Shown here in pieces: positions 9,001 through 15,685 of a DNA stretch of 20,000 nt. The stretch lies in the IMG/VR virus record IMGVR_UViG_3300029787_003156. One strand, 5' to 3'. How positions within the stretch are numbered: the first letter of the stretch is position 1; each line of letters begins with the position of its first letter. The stretch is from an uncultured virus (IMG/VR IMGVR_UViG_3300029787_003156) (lineage: Duplodnaviria > Heunggongvirae > Uroviricota > Caudoviricetes). A program made the position numbers and the translations under genes. The notes below the pieces were generated by a model that ran no database searches, was not told the DNA's origin, and saw only the letters and a program-made list of their open reading frames with translations.

Positions 9001-11123
9001 ATACTGTAAGAAGTTCCTTTACAACTGTAAAAGTCTTTAATAGTCTTGATAGCGGTTCTTACATCGATTGTATTGTAATCTAATGAAGGAACGTCAGGTA
9101 GATATTGTTGAGTATACTTATCAAGTAGTCTTTTAACAAATAATGAATCTAAACACTTAACAGGAGAGTCAAGTGCATGTTCTACTGCACTAGTTGTGTC
9201 AGTAAATACAGCATTACCACTTTGTGTATAAGAAGTAATAGCACTTGCTGCTCTAGCACATCCAATAAACTGTGCTTTTGTATATCCTGTTCCGTTTTGA
9301 TTAATATTAAATCCAGTAACTTCATTTACACCAATAGTTGCAGATGCATCTGCTGAAGGAGGTGTTTGAATAACAACAGTAGGAGGAGTAGTTTGACTGT
9401 ACCCAGTTCCAAACTCAGTAACGTTAATATCAGTGATTCTACCGTTAAAGATTGATGCTGACGCTGTAGCACCACTTCCACCAATAAATGTTCCTCTATC
9501 GTCTAATCTATTATCAACAATGTAAACTGAGGGAACATCTTCATATCCATTACCACCATCTAAAAGTTCAATAGAAGTTACCCTTCCGTCAGTATCAACA
9601 ACAGTCTCTAAAACTTGTGCACCTACTGGATCAACAATAGCAATTCTAGGTGTAGAAGTATATCCTTGACCTGCATTTAAGATTGTAAGAGCAGTAACTT
9701 CACCATTAAGAACAGTTGCTTGAATATTTGCTCTAATTGGTGATTCACCTGTAGGTTCATCAACATAAACGGTAGGTGCAGTCGTATATCCAAATCCACC
9801 GTAAGTAATAGCAGGAACAGCACTAATAGATCCATTTAATATCTGCCCAGTGCCCAATGTGCACCCTCCTGGCTGTCGGAAAGTGATTCTAGGTGTGAAT
9901 GTATATCCTGACCCAGAATTGACGATTTCAAGAGAAGAAACAGCACCATTAGTAACAGTTGCTTTTAAAGTTGCTTGCTGTGAACCATCTAGTGTTGGAG
10001 ATTCAACTTGAACTACTGGAGGGTTAGTTTCACTATAACCAAATCCACCATTCAATAAAGAAAGTTCTTTAACACCATTTACAAGAGCAGTTGCAGATGC
10101 ACCTGATCCAGTATCAGAGTTAACGGATACTTGTGGAGGATATTGGAATCTATACTTAGAACCTGTATTATTAACAGTAATACCAGTAAGAGTACCTGTA
10201 TCACTAACTTGAGCAAATCCAACAGCACCTGCACCAAATGAAGGAATAGGTGCTTCAATAACATAGAAAGAAAGTAGTCTTCCGTTTAATGGAGCAGTAT
10301 TAAAGATAAACTGATCACCATCAATAAAGAAGTCAACTTTAGGTATCATTAACTTATTATCATATACCGCAAGACAATATTCATCTACAGTAGGTTCATA
10401 TCTTACTCCATTTCGTGTAATAGTAAATTGTCTCTTATTTTCACCAAACGCACCAGAGATATTATCCATAGCAACGATTTGGTTCTCAACAAAACCGTTT
10501 AGGTATGTAATGTAAGTATATGAGGCATCATCAGCAACAACTCTTGCTCTAGGAGGAGTAGTAAAGACAATATGATCACCGTCAATGGTATAATCAACAT
10601 TAGGAAGTAACCAATCACCATATACCCTTACAATCAAATGTTGTGCAGATGGAGGACCTACGGGATTAGATTGAGAGGTTAATGGGAACCTTGATGTAGT
10701 TCCGTCAAAACTTGTTAAAGGACTTGCTAGTTCATCCCACTTTAATTTTACCTGATCGTAGTTAACACCTGGTGTTAGTGCAATGTTTGGTGAGGATGTT
10801 GTAGATTCATAAAATATTACTTCGCCATCAACTAATATTGTTCCATTCTTCTCTAGAAAACTATCTACACTCTCTACAACAATTCTATCACTAGTTGCAG
10901 TTATTGCTTCTCTAACCTTAGTTGCACCATCTAAAATACTAATGTCTAGTTTATCAATGTCAAGATATCCTAGAAAATTGTTTAATATATTCTGTCCTAA
11001 ACCTGTTTTTTCTTGAGATGCATAATAGTACTCGAGGAATCGATTAAACAGTGGGTAATCTGACTCTACGAAATCGGGTGTCTGTGAGACAACCGCTTGT
11101 GATACCTTATTAATATTTGTCAT
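1..11123 (-). CDS. gp7: Giant baseplate wedge initiator (T4 gp7-like), >3707 aa, runs off the window's left end
   Basis: ATG at 11123 (MTNINKVSQAVVSQTPDFVESDYPLFNRFLEYYYASQEK), 5 nt after the gp6 stop. Segments I translated along its length and at base 3 (...GELVSNSATGF) are all in the same frame; I did not check every codon. Carries gp7-type motifs IKDFYSCKGTSYSIAYLFKLLYG (~8975-9045) and QDSYYYQDFSYAVKS...VHPASFKVFGE (~630-750). Gene order gp25-gp6-gp7 matches cyanomyoviruses. Confidence 0.9.
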   Translation of the reverse strand, partial: MTNINKVSQAVVSQTPDFVESDYPLFNRFLEYYYASQEKTGLGQNILNNFLGYLDIDKLDISILDGATKVREAITATSDRIVVESVDSFLEKNGTILVDGEVIFYESTTSSPNIALTPGVNYDQVKLKWDELASPLTSFDGTTSRFPLTSQSNPVGPPSAQHLIVRVYGDWLLPNVDYTIDGDHIVFTTPPRARVVADDASYTYITYLNGFVENQIVAMDNISGAFGENKRQFTITRNGVRYEPTVDEYCLAVYDNKLMIPKVDFFIDGDQFIFNTAPLNGRLLSFYVIEAPIPSFGAGAVGFAQVSDTGTLTGITVNNTGSKYRFQYPPQVSVNSDTGSGASATALVNGVKELSLLNGGFGYSETNPPVVQVESPTLDGSQQATLKATVTNGAVSSLEIVNSGSGYTFTPRITFRQPGGCTLGTGQILNGSISAVPAITYGGFGYTTAPTVYVDEPTGESPIRANIQATVLNGEVTALTILNAGQGYTSTPRIAIVDPVGAQVLETVVDTDGRVTSIELLDGGNGYEDVPSVYIVDNRLDDRGTFIGGSGATASASIFNGRITDINVTEFGTGYSQTTPPTVVIQTPPSADASATIGVNEVTGFNINQNGTGYTKAQFIGCARAASAITSYTQSGNAVFTDTTSAVEHALDSPVKCLDSLFVKRLLDKYTQQYLPDVPSLDYNTIDVRTAIKTIKDFYSCKGTSYSIAYLFKLLYGEQVNISYPKDQIIKPSAATWSIDTILRATIVSGDPANIRDGLLTQDADIADENIRAASALVENFISIKTSQTEIYELILSEETIDGTFIVPYKTKLAEPLNQTEGIITVDSTIGWPERNGEFLIGSSSDTAELIQYKEKSLNQFIECTRSVNNVVEDWDSATEVKSNFKVYVNKGTAQEVIMNVVGIVDAQQTTLTDTGSYYLPGDKLAISKLGGTDASSELITWLYNVKKLISVTGITFGGINDQAATVTCANPHGLLVGDQVTIYGANPIIYNGTFLVTSRDSTTVFQYQLPQPGGVIPQGNILVSIDLNKGKSSSAQILTAIGSYTTNVQNTFFNDNHVYVASTGIPNYDIGPFPGSALLPGNQRKLNRFPRVAQTISTKNLINPGPVGTWVNGVSIWSYKSSLFKTFGAVTGITITNVGQDYDAASPPNITIAGGGGSGATGSVVVNGSLSEVEVLTGGTGYTSSPLVSIVGGNGSGAAATAIITKGVVSRILINSGGTGYTSQPSITIVGGGGTGATATANVRGPIQSISVDQGGASYTSKPTVTLSSGSGAVAQAIVQNGRIISIAIISAGSGYTTAPIISIQGDGFGAVARAGIDIDGENAGRVTSVQILNRGIGYIQGTTLINLTSVGQDALFTANVFQWTYNLQATSILDTAKGGVFEGFNNQYGGEYAHLSNPQRLRYVLGDNLQEPTVGNIVEQAEQLDHSPIVGWAFDGNPIYGPYGYADPTDQGSAINRLNTSYKLKTELVYDVVTNPYPTRTAGPLLTNEAAGNFVEDYEYSFGLGDLDQYNGRFCKTPEFPAGRYCYFVTIDTTEQGNAMFPYVLGPSFNSVVDTWNLTDGATQQNIPTGVVRYRDPYENVDIDVERAPNASTNALTTEDGELLLFEVEDENRDAIISQDELDDPDQIFEESPLQLFDYFPKVKFDSKVDIEVETITKFEDASVTGFTVENPGASYQVADRLVFDNTDTDGTGVSARVSHIKGEAVSTYSYESIGGINYGVLKTSTPHNLTVDDQVVIDYTPIMNNTNKTFVVKQIKGVEEIVIDQQGSGYNSELPPTIILDGDGTAAALEAVVTSVGSISTVNITNSGQNYTTNPRVILSHPQIYKKADYYVSKIANENYVKVNDVFVNDAKEIFICGKTKDSFGYTIGFLAKLSATGVKDWEKTIKSTDGQQEVEFERLLIDGQDIYVAGHNKPNASILEAYNPDVVLCKYTQAENGLSATLQYQKAYAGISGSTRSDNISAIAKYSDTRFVLGGFTNTNSGNPFDAYIAVVDTLGNFAVKRKITSVNVSEKVTDLLVNGTDIYYTLEIATSPNATSVDTGIGKATVGTSAISLVWTKQLTNTLYSFMDTSLTIDEFSELYITATTRLKSDNTTKDGFWIGKLDSDGAFLWNYRYAVAGGYTINVAKRTHIDIFGDLNIAVNKYLNTNGELTVDVVKVGYNGIIKNQTNNKFDLNNIEGVTAHSLYPDSSGDIHVFGQTSWNRNELLIPFTSGATTDVTGHYTATFVGDGNSLQYDTTNGFAKLLGKDSTTPSTWVNSVIQVNGSDLTTKMTGDWTIEFMLFKDAANNNNTHSQTQQTLIAIGDATLSTGGLWLYYDISSGEMQLVVTANGTALNSASGSLQSTVTTMFADNTWQFVALTKSAGQYTAYVNGIQVLQGTIDNTAFQNQNLYIGNIPGKSGTLNQFRSNEQGQYFVDNLRIRNRAVVPTVPNDVTNYPIAGEFSEGFTWTDTSWFSTYTNKYDYIDYVGWGLKVDKNSDAARIGTQTVQTNTQVGFTRTAIVLQTGLPLTVNNTGFGLAEAGFQNLDFDDADTSMTQDSDSLSYTQDVWSSRTATVPSPGSKKLRVTAVVKDRYFFKVTPTVKIDNIQELTLNQQFVFTTGSKLVLSSSSGSFINSGYIIRQNSVGNKIYLAVNNNAWANDLNTGELTTEQFNEQSTYGIVGPIPADVNELIYTFPLLNNTTPGTFDIDLNNFNHPEGGSNNLDELTNFKPYTDDDYSIRIDEVAGGSPFIPGSVVNINSGDISFNAAYTTASIINLTGVLKITLVATLKKIIQVTAVANSDEVYIVTANSHYLTQGEMVSIDGNPSQTVDSVVYDEYDGAFPVHTIVSPVEFTYKLPSAAITSPATSSGSVNIYVKSPVLKMYYGHQYLFDVGHSSMAGGNLSFSKDNLYKLEYSFNSIERVGTPGITGQGVPNPTVKLKVDTDIVTNISYYFDPSRTGADSPVIASSYLDVVNSPYVGNFAITSTSGATITRGADTFKFVLANEPEGNADVINTSYSTSSLKAVGSISDIRIVNGGGFYTRLPVVTSIQSSRQIERIQIDAPGTEYAVGVYNSVPIAGDGEGGFVSITVADGTDDDGVTIPGQIQSVVVTSPGKGYTTASIDVESISGILGAGLTGSGVDLNVVIPPAGTGASIFTKGTKVGKIKKLQNNNFGYDYPHDYTLRPEISFPINAQLTSTSILDSITVTDPGSGYSQAPTVVITGGGGQNATAEAFIKNGRLDDILVKDPGSGYSSAPTVALRSSFNYVVNLDLGLLQFAFPHGIVNGSEVTLTVTDTGDGAEFPLSAGAVGRLNSTNTYYAIAGTANSLEENQLKIAITAANAALGDSLSFVNAGTGRQTILTESFGGAATANVITSTFLEGELVYQGDTLDAATASGYVSTNQGWQVGPRIIKIVDYTGNFNANERITGVISKSSGIISDLKIARGVLEIGSITKTTGQFIDDIGKPSEIIQKIQDSYYYQDFSYAVKSAVSIGEWKEILLKNVHPASFKVFGELNLAEYGQIPNKETDFQITKAVELAREAIVPNIQSFSLVEPVYSQFNNSEVLFRQKRLTSSENILTSVVQRIDDISNQFDGVKTQFQLKVNGDNVVANANQLMIILNGVAQTPETSFNIQGDSIVFSQPPQPPASIKYVNVTIQEITISTLEFTNISGIFPLKGNTMAGQTSLARFTVTAVVGNSIFGFFVEGTAFTVGELVSNSATGF

Positions 11124-11128
11124 CTACT

Positions 11129-13156
11129 CTAATAAGAGGTGGTATTTAAGTTAGTTGTGCTGCCCAGACTTGATGTGATTGCCACAGTTGATGGAGTCTG
11201 GTCAAAAATAGTCGGTGTCAAACTATTTAGTGGTATAGTGGGAGGTGGTGCTGTTCCTACAGGTGCAACTGTTATTTCTGGTAACACAATATTAATAATT
11301 GTACCAGGAGTTGAAGCAGGAATGCTATTTGAGTTCGCTGGAATAAATTGAACGGGAATTTGTAAATCTACAGGAAGTAATGTTGAATCGGTTACAGACC
11401 CTGCTCCTGTAGAAGTATTAGTAATATTTACACCAGTTGTTGAGAAGTTTGCACCCGCACCGATAATTGCAACAGGTCCGAAAGCAATTTCACCAGTATC
11501 ATAGTTACAAGTTCCTGCAGCATTATTGGTATAGATCTTTCTTGTTCCTGTATTGTAGTAAGTTCTCAAGTTTCCGTATCCATCATCTTCAAACTGTTGA
11601 TCAACACCTGGTCTGTCTGAAGTTCTAAAGGATCCTGATAGGAGAATTGGTTCTTTTGGATTAGTTCCATCACTACCGTCTTTAGAAGGAGCACTATTGT
11701 AGAGTGCGGATCCAGTAGAGATGCTATACGTATTAGTTTGATTGGTAGTAGGTAGAATGTATCGTAGTATTGTAGTTTGAAGTGAAACGTCACTAACACA
11801 CCTGTCTGCTAGTGTAATTGCCTTTTCAAATGCTGATGATCTAAATGTTGAGTTAAAGTTGTTTATTTCCGTCTGTGTCGCCCAATCTTCTATTGCAGTA
11901 GACACATTTGTCTTAATAGTTGATGTATCACTTCCGCATCCCGTGTCATATTGTACAAACACTTTAGGATAGATGTATACATTTTCGGGATCGATGACCA
12001 CAGGGTCGATAGATGCCATTGCATAACCGCGTAAATCCGCAGCAATACTCTTTTTAGTTTGATCATTAAGCAAAGATCCTGTCTTTGTCTTAATAGCGAT
12101 GTAAACTTTACCGTAAATTGGGGGATTTAGTGAATCTCCACCATACGCAACAACGGAATGTGCGTTATCATACACTTTTTTAGTGATGATTGCGTAATCT
12201 TGTGCAGTAACTGCTCTATACTGTGAGGAATAATACCTAGGAGCATTATATTTGATAGATTCTATAGACTCAGCACTCTCTCCATAACCTGACTTCTCAT
12301 TCAAAGTCATAGTTACCGATTGTGAAGTATATGATCTACCTGCACTATCTGACAGTCTACCAATGAAGTTGAATACATTGACATCATTAGCAGGTTCACC
12401 GTCAGTAACAAGATACTCTAGTGTTACAACCTCACCATCACTTAGTGCTCTACCAATACTATCATCTCCAAATTTCAACTCATAACGCATATCCTCACCT
12501 TCGGAGATGAAGTATATACGTGATGTAGCGGTAAGATTACTAATAGTATCAACTCTAGTGTATAAATCAGAGGTTGTGGATGTCTCGGTTGCCTTTACAT
12601 TAACTGTTAAACTTGATATATCGCAATTTTCTGAGGGAATCTTGTAAATTTGAGAAGCAAATGTATTAACAACGTATGAGAAGTTAAGAATTGTTCCCTG
12701 TTTTACAATTAAACTAGAAAAGTTTGCAATTCCTGTTGTTGGATCGACAGAAACCGTAGTATCTGCTAGAATATTCCACATAAAGGAACCACCCTGTAGT
12801 ATTGCACCTTTCTTTAAGGTTACTGTACTTGGGTATACATCACTTGTTTGCTGACATTGAACTACCAACGATATAGTTGCCCTAGAAGCGACTATAGAGG
12901 TCGGAACATAGTTTAGTAGTTTTGCTATATTAACAACGTTATCTCTTACTGTAGCGGATGGTAGGAATGCCTCATTCATCGCCATGTTAGCGTTGAAGGC
13001 AGTATAATAGGTATTATATGCTAATGTGTCTATTAGATAAGATAAAGCAGCACCTTCAAAGTCATAATCTGTAAACTCTGTCCTAGTTCTTAGATATGAT
13101 TTGATTGATGCCTTAATATCACCAAAATCTAATGCTGTTAAATTGTTCGGTTGCAT
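11129..13156 (-). CDS. gp6: Baseplate wedge subunit (T4 gp6-like), 675 aa
   Basis: Hallmark motifs LDFGDIKASIKSYL, FTDYDFEG, LAYNTYY...NEAFLPSATVRDNVV, FGDDSIG, ESIESIKYNAPRYYSSQYRAVTAQDY, YGKVYIAIK and NYDTGEI. Confidence 0.95.
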   Translation of the reverse strand: MQPNNLTALDFGDIKASIKSYLRTRTEFTDYDFEGAALSYLIDTLAYNTYYTAFNANMAMNEAFLPSATVRDNVVNIAKLLNYVPTSIVASRATISLVVQCQQTSDVYPSTVTLKKGAILQGGSFMWNILADTTVSVDPTTGIANFSSLIVKQGTILNFSYVVNTFASQIYKIPSENCDISSLTVNVKATETSTTSDLYTRVDTISNLTATSRIYFISEGEDMRYELKFGDDSIGRALSDGEVVTLEYLVTDGEPANDVNVFNFIGRLSDSAGRSYTSQSVTMTLNEKSGYGESAESIESIKYNAPRYYSSQYRAVTAQDYAIITKKVYDNAHSVVAYGGDSLNPPIYGKVYIAIKTKTGSLLNDQTKKSIAADLRGYAMASIDPVVIDPENVYIYPKVFVQYDTGCGSDTSTIKTNVSTAIEDWATQTEINNFNSTFRSSAFEKAITLADRCVSDVSLQTTILRYILPTTNQTNTYSISTGSALYNSAPSKDGSDGTNPKEPILLSGSFRTSDRPGVDQQFEDDGYGNLRTYYNTGTRKIYTNNAAGTCNYDTGEIAFGPVAIIGAGANFSTTGVNITNTSTGAGSVTDSTLLPVDLQIPVQFIPANSNSIPASTPGTIINIVLPEITVAPVGTAPPPTIPLNSLTPTIFDQTPSTVAITSSLGSTTNLNTTSY

Positions 13157-13575
13157 TATTCGGGTCTCTGCAAGATGAAGTTGACTGTTTCCACTATGGG
13201 TTGTCCTACAATTCTATATTCAACCGTAACATCAAATGTGTTAGTTGCTTCGTTCGGTTCCACATCTACCTCTAGAATACTAATTCGAGGTTCATACTGT
13301 CCAAGAGTATTTATTATCTCATCCCTAATAGAATCTGCTGTAAACGGATCCATAGGTTCAAAGAGTAATTCATATACACCAGACCCTATCTCAGGTTGAA
13401 ACAACTTTTCCCCCTTCTGTGTTAGTACTAAATTCTTGATAGATTGTTTAATGGCATTCTCATTCTTCACCACCGCAGCATCTTTTGTAAAGACATTGAG
13501 TAAGAAACTCATACCAACATCTTTAAAACCACGTGAAAGGTTATCTTTACCACCTCTTACCTCTTTAATCGCCAT
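13156..13575 (-). CDS. gp25: Baseplate wedge subunit gp25 (GPW/gp25 family), 139 aa
   Basis: NENAIKQSIKNLVLTQKGEKLFQPEIGS...LLFEP...YEPRI motif. TAATG stop/start overlap with gp6. Confidence 0.95.
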   Translation of the reverse strand: MAIKEVRGGKDNLSRGFKDVGMSFLLNVFTKDAAVVKNENAIKQSIKNLVLTQKGEKLFQPEIGSGVYELLFEPMDPFTADSIRDEIINTLGQYEPRISILEVDVEPNEATNTFDVTVEYRIVGQPIVETVNFILQRPE

Positions 13576-13904
13576 TATACCTTATAGAAAGTGTAATTCA
13601 AAAATAATTCTTCACCTTCACCAATAGGTTTAACAACCTTTACATAATATTTCTTTATTGACTTATAGTGGGTTTTGGTCAAATTATACATTTTTTCCAC
13701 CCTTGGACACAATTTCTCGCAATTTGGGACATCATTATGGTTAATAAACCCTCCAAGAGGAGTTCTAATGATCTCATCTGCGATAACTATGTGAGACATA
13801 CCTAATTCTGTGCCAACTTCAAGGGATTTACTAGTAAATATGCCTTGCCCTGCTATAGGGGAGTCTTTAATGTACAGTCCTTCGGGTAATGCCTGATAAG
13901 TCAC
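13575..13904 (-). CDS. SET-domain protein (putative SAM-dependent lysine methyltransferase), 109 aa
   Basis: SET motifs: IKDSPIAGQGIF (GxG), GGFINHNDVPNC (RFINHSC-like) and IGEGEELFLNY (GEELxxxY). GTG start. TAATG overlap with gp25. Confidence 0.85.
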   Translation of the reverse strand: MTYQALPEGLYIKDSPIAGQGIFTSKSLEVGTELGMSHIVIADEIIRTPLGGFINHNDVPNCEKLCPRVEKMYNLTKTHYKSIKKYYVKVVKPIGEGEELFLNYTFYKV

Positions 13905-13925
13905 GATTCATAATCTAACTAATTA

Positions 13926-13932
13926 TATTTAG
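13926..13932 (-). promoter_or_regulatory. Putative T4-type late (gp55 sigma) promoter CTAAATA
   Basis: CTAAATA(TAAT) lies ~22 nt upstream of the SET-gp25-gp6-gp7 string and resembles the TATAAATA late-promoter consensus. Short motif in AT-rich DNA. Confidence 0.5.
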
Positions 13933-14123
13933 TCAGGTACAACAGCCTTTATTGCCGACATTCTTGTCCATAATTTTTCACACAACTTATCAGACTTCCT
14001 TCTGATCCATAAAGATTCAACCATTTTGTCAAATTCTTCATCCGTTAACCATAGAGGCATCGGATATTTTTTTGGTTTATTGATCCGAGACTCACTCCAA
14101 GCCTCATTTATTTCATCATTCAC
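13929..14123 (-). CDS. Hypothetical protein, 64 aa
   Basis: ORF track. Its GTG start overlaps the TGA stop of the upstream peptide (GTGA). Confidence 0.7.
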   Translation of the reverse strand: MNDEINEAWSESRINKPKKYPMPLWLTDEEFDKMVESLWIRRKSDKLCEKLWTRMSAIKAVVPD

Positions 14124-14224
14124 TTACCTTGACCACGATAACGTTTTTTTGCTTTATTTCGTGAACTAGCAGCAATTTTTGTGCATAATCCGTTACCTTG
14201 ACGTGTTTTTTTAGGTTTTTTCAT
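14120..14224 (-). CDS. Small Lys/Arg-rich basic protein, 34 aa (MKKPKKTRQGNGLCTKIAASSRNKAKKRYRGQGK)
   Basis: Translated by hand; fills the gap between two ORFs with a stop/start overlap. The PKKTRQG...SRNK..KRYRGQG pattern resembles a small protein I recall near gp25 in T4-like cyanophages. Confidence 0.8.
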   Translation of the reverse strand: MKKPKKTRQGNGLCTKIAASSRNKAKKRYRGQGK

Positions 14225-14234
14225 AAAAATAGGG

Positions 14235-14501
14235 TTAAAGTTTACCAAAAGTGCGTTTTTTTCCTTCTAAATCGTCTAAACGCTTAAAAATAGTGTCTAG
14301 AGTGCCATATAAGGTGTCATAATCCTTATAACCGTATGGTTTATAGTAGGTTTTGTCACTTGTAGGTTGTTCTGCGACTGTTTTCTCTAGTTCTGTAAGT
14401 CTATTTGCGATCTCTTCCAAAGCACCACCAACAGTCTGGTTGAACTTCCATTGTTCTCTCCAGTGTTCGTCATATGCTCCTTCTAGTTCGTACTTAGGCA
14501 T
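14235..14501 (-). CDS. Hypothetical protein with predicted coiled-coil segments, 88 aa
   Basis: ORF track. Heptad-like stretches LEEIANRLTELEKTV and LDTIFKRLDDLE. Overlaps the upstream ORF by 8 nt. Confidence 0.75.
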   Translation of the reverse strand: MPKYELEGAYDEHWREQWKFNQTVGGALEEIANRLTELEKTVAEQPTSDKTYYKPYGYKDYDTLYGTLDTIFKRLDDLEGKKRTFGKL

Positions 14502-14709
14502 TTAAGAAGTAGTGATTGATAATGTCAATCTTTTCATGGTTTTGAGCAATAGCAGCAATTTCTTGGTCTATTGCAGCCATTACATCAGGATGTTCACCTA
14601 TACCAACTGGGTTGTTAAGGTAGATCTCAACATTTTGTTGATGTTTACAAATTAATCCTTGATAGTAACTAATTTGGGATGCGAGAATTTTATCTCTTAG
14701 GTTAACCAT
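14494..14709 (-). CDS. Conserved marine-phage hypothetical protein, 71 aa
   Basis: The NVEIYLNNPVGIGEHPDV motif is one I recognise from T4-like marine phages. Function unknown. Confidence 0.85.
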   Translation of the reverse strand: MVNLRDKILASQISYYQGLICKHQQNVEIYLNNPVGIGEHPDVMAAIDQEIAAIAQNHEKIDIINHYFLNA

Positions 14710-14720
14710 AGGGTTTATTT

Positions 14721-14936
14721 TTATATATCGTAGTAGTCTATCATCATCTCACGATGTTTCCAGGTCATACCACTTGTGGATCCTTTGCAGGGGTTAATAC
14801 AATTACCTTCTTCAATCAGATCAGTGAGGTTGCAGACAAGACCTGCAAGGTCATGAGGACATGCCATCTTGCCATCTGCCCAATATAGTTGCCCATCTAA
14901 CCAACGAGCACCACATTTACCACATTCTCTAATCAT
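14721..14936 (-). CDS. Cys-rich hypothetical protein (possible metal-binding), 71 aa
   Basis: CGKC...GQLYW...CPHDLAGLVCN...CINPCKG, six Cys in total. ATGA overlap with the oxygenase. Confidence 0.8.
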   Translation of the reverse strand: MIRECGKCGARWLDGQLYWADGKMACPHDLAGLVCNLTDLIEEGNCINPCKGSTSGMTWKHREMMIDYYDI

Positions 14937-15541
14937 AGAGTAATACCATTACCATTAGTATAACCTATTTCTCCTTTTATGTAAACATCAAATGCAATAC
15001 AATAACGATCTTCTGCAGAATTACTCTCTAATACCTTATGTTGAAGGTGAGAAGGGAAGATTAATAGACTACCATCTACAGGAGTAAACGAAAAAGCGTT
15101 CTGATTTAGATGATTAATCATATGATCAGGTTGCATTGTACTAGTAAAGCATGTATTGTGTCCCCAACTCTTCTCAAATACTAAGTTTCCACTATGGTCA
15201 TCACACTTAAGGTAATATATTCCACTCCATATAGAGTTTATATGAGCATGTAGACCCGCCCAGTCCCCTTTCTTATGCTTTACACACCATGAACGACTAA
15301 TATAGACATCATTGTGACTTCTTACTCCCAGATACTCGTATGCATACACCTTACAAGCGTTAGTAATCTCTTCTTTCAGTACAGGTATACTATCTAATAC
15401 GTTCTTATCAATCGAAATCGAGTTCGGGTCACGTGGATATCGCTCATATACTACATCGTCAGCGAAACGCACCCACTCCTCTAGGGGAGTAATCCCCGAT
15501 TCAAACACAGGAGTAGGAAACAATTCAAATATTCTCGGCAT
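14933..15541 (-). CDS. Putative 2OG-Fe(II) oxygenase (TIGR02466-like), 202 aa
   Basis: LFPTPV N-terminus, SW...HAH..SIWSGIYYL, GSLLIFPSHLQHKV and DRYCIAFD. These give an HxH...H metal triad plus the 2OG-binding Arg. Confidence 0.9.
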   Translation of the reverse strand: MPRIFELFPTPVFESGITPLEEWVRFADDVVYERYPRDPNSISIDKNVLDSIPVLKEEITNACKVYAYEYLGVRSHNDVYISRSWCVKHKKGDWAGLHAHINSIWSGIYYLKCDDHSGNLVFEKSWGHNTCFTSTMQPDHMINHLNQNAFSFTPVDGSLLIFPSHLQHKVLESNSAEDRYCIAFDVYIKGEIGYTNGNGITL

Positions 15542-15559
15542 AATGTGGATCGCGGGAAG

Positions 15560-15685
15560 TTAAGTAATAGAAATGGTCTGAGAACCATCCTTATTATCTG
15601 TAATTACTATCTTCTTATTCGGAAAAGACCTCTGTAAGAGTCTCTTAAGCTTCAGATTCTTTAAGTTTAACATACTTATCACCAT
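15560..15685 (-). CDS. Small hypothetical protein, 37-41 aa (MVISMLNLKNLKLKRLLQRSFPNKKIVITDNKDGSQTISIT)
   Basis: Translated by hand. ATG at 15685 or 15673, TAA at 15560-15562. Fills the gap between neighbouring genes. Confidence 0.55.
   Translation of the reverse strand: MVISMLNLKNLKLKRLLQRSFPNKKIVITDNKDGSQTISIT

Noticed and set aside
7090..10250. Recurrent ccaccacc/tatccaga-like sequences as DNA repeats or a CRISPR array
   Set aside because: They are degenerate protein-level GxGY and GGGG repeats, with no identical repeats or regular spacers.
626..10264. Eight short tracked ORFs of 61-85 aa on both strands
   Set aside because: All lie inside the giant gp7 frame as alternative-frame or antisense shadows, with no recognisable motifs.
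13156..13575. gp25 as a lysozyme
   Set aside because: This is a legacy annotation for the family; gp25 is a structural sheath-initiating baseplate protein and no catalytic motif is visible.
11139..13627. Short ORFs 11139-11351, 11566-11799, 13151-13399 and 13436-13627
   Set aside because: Antisense or out-of-frame shadows of gp6 and gp25.
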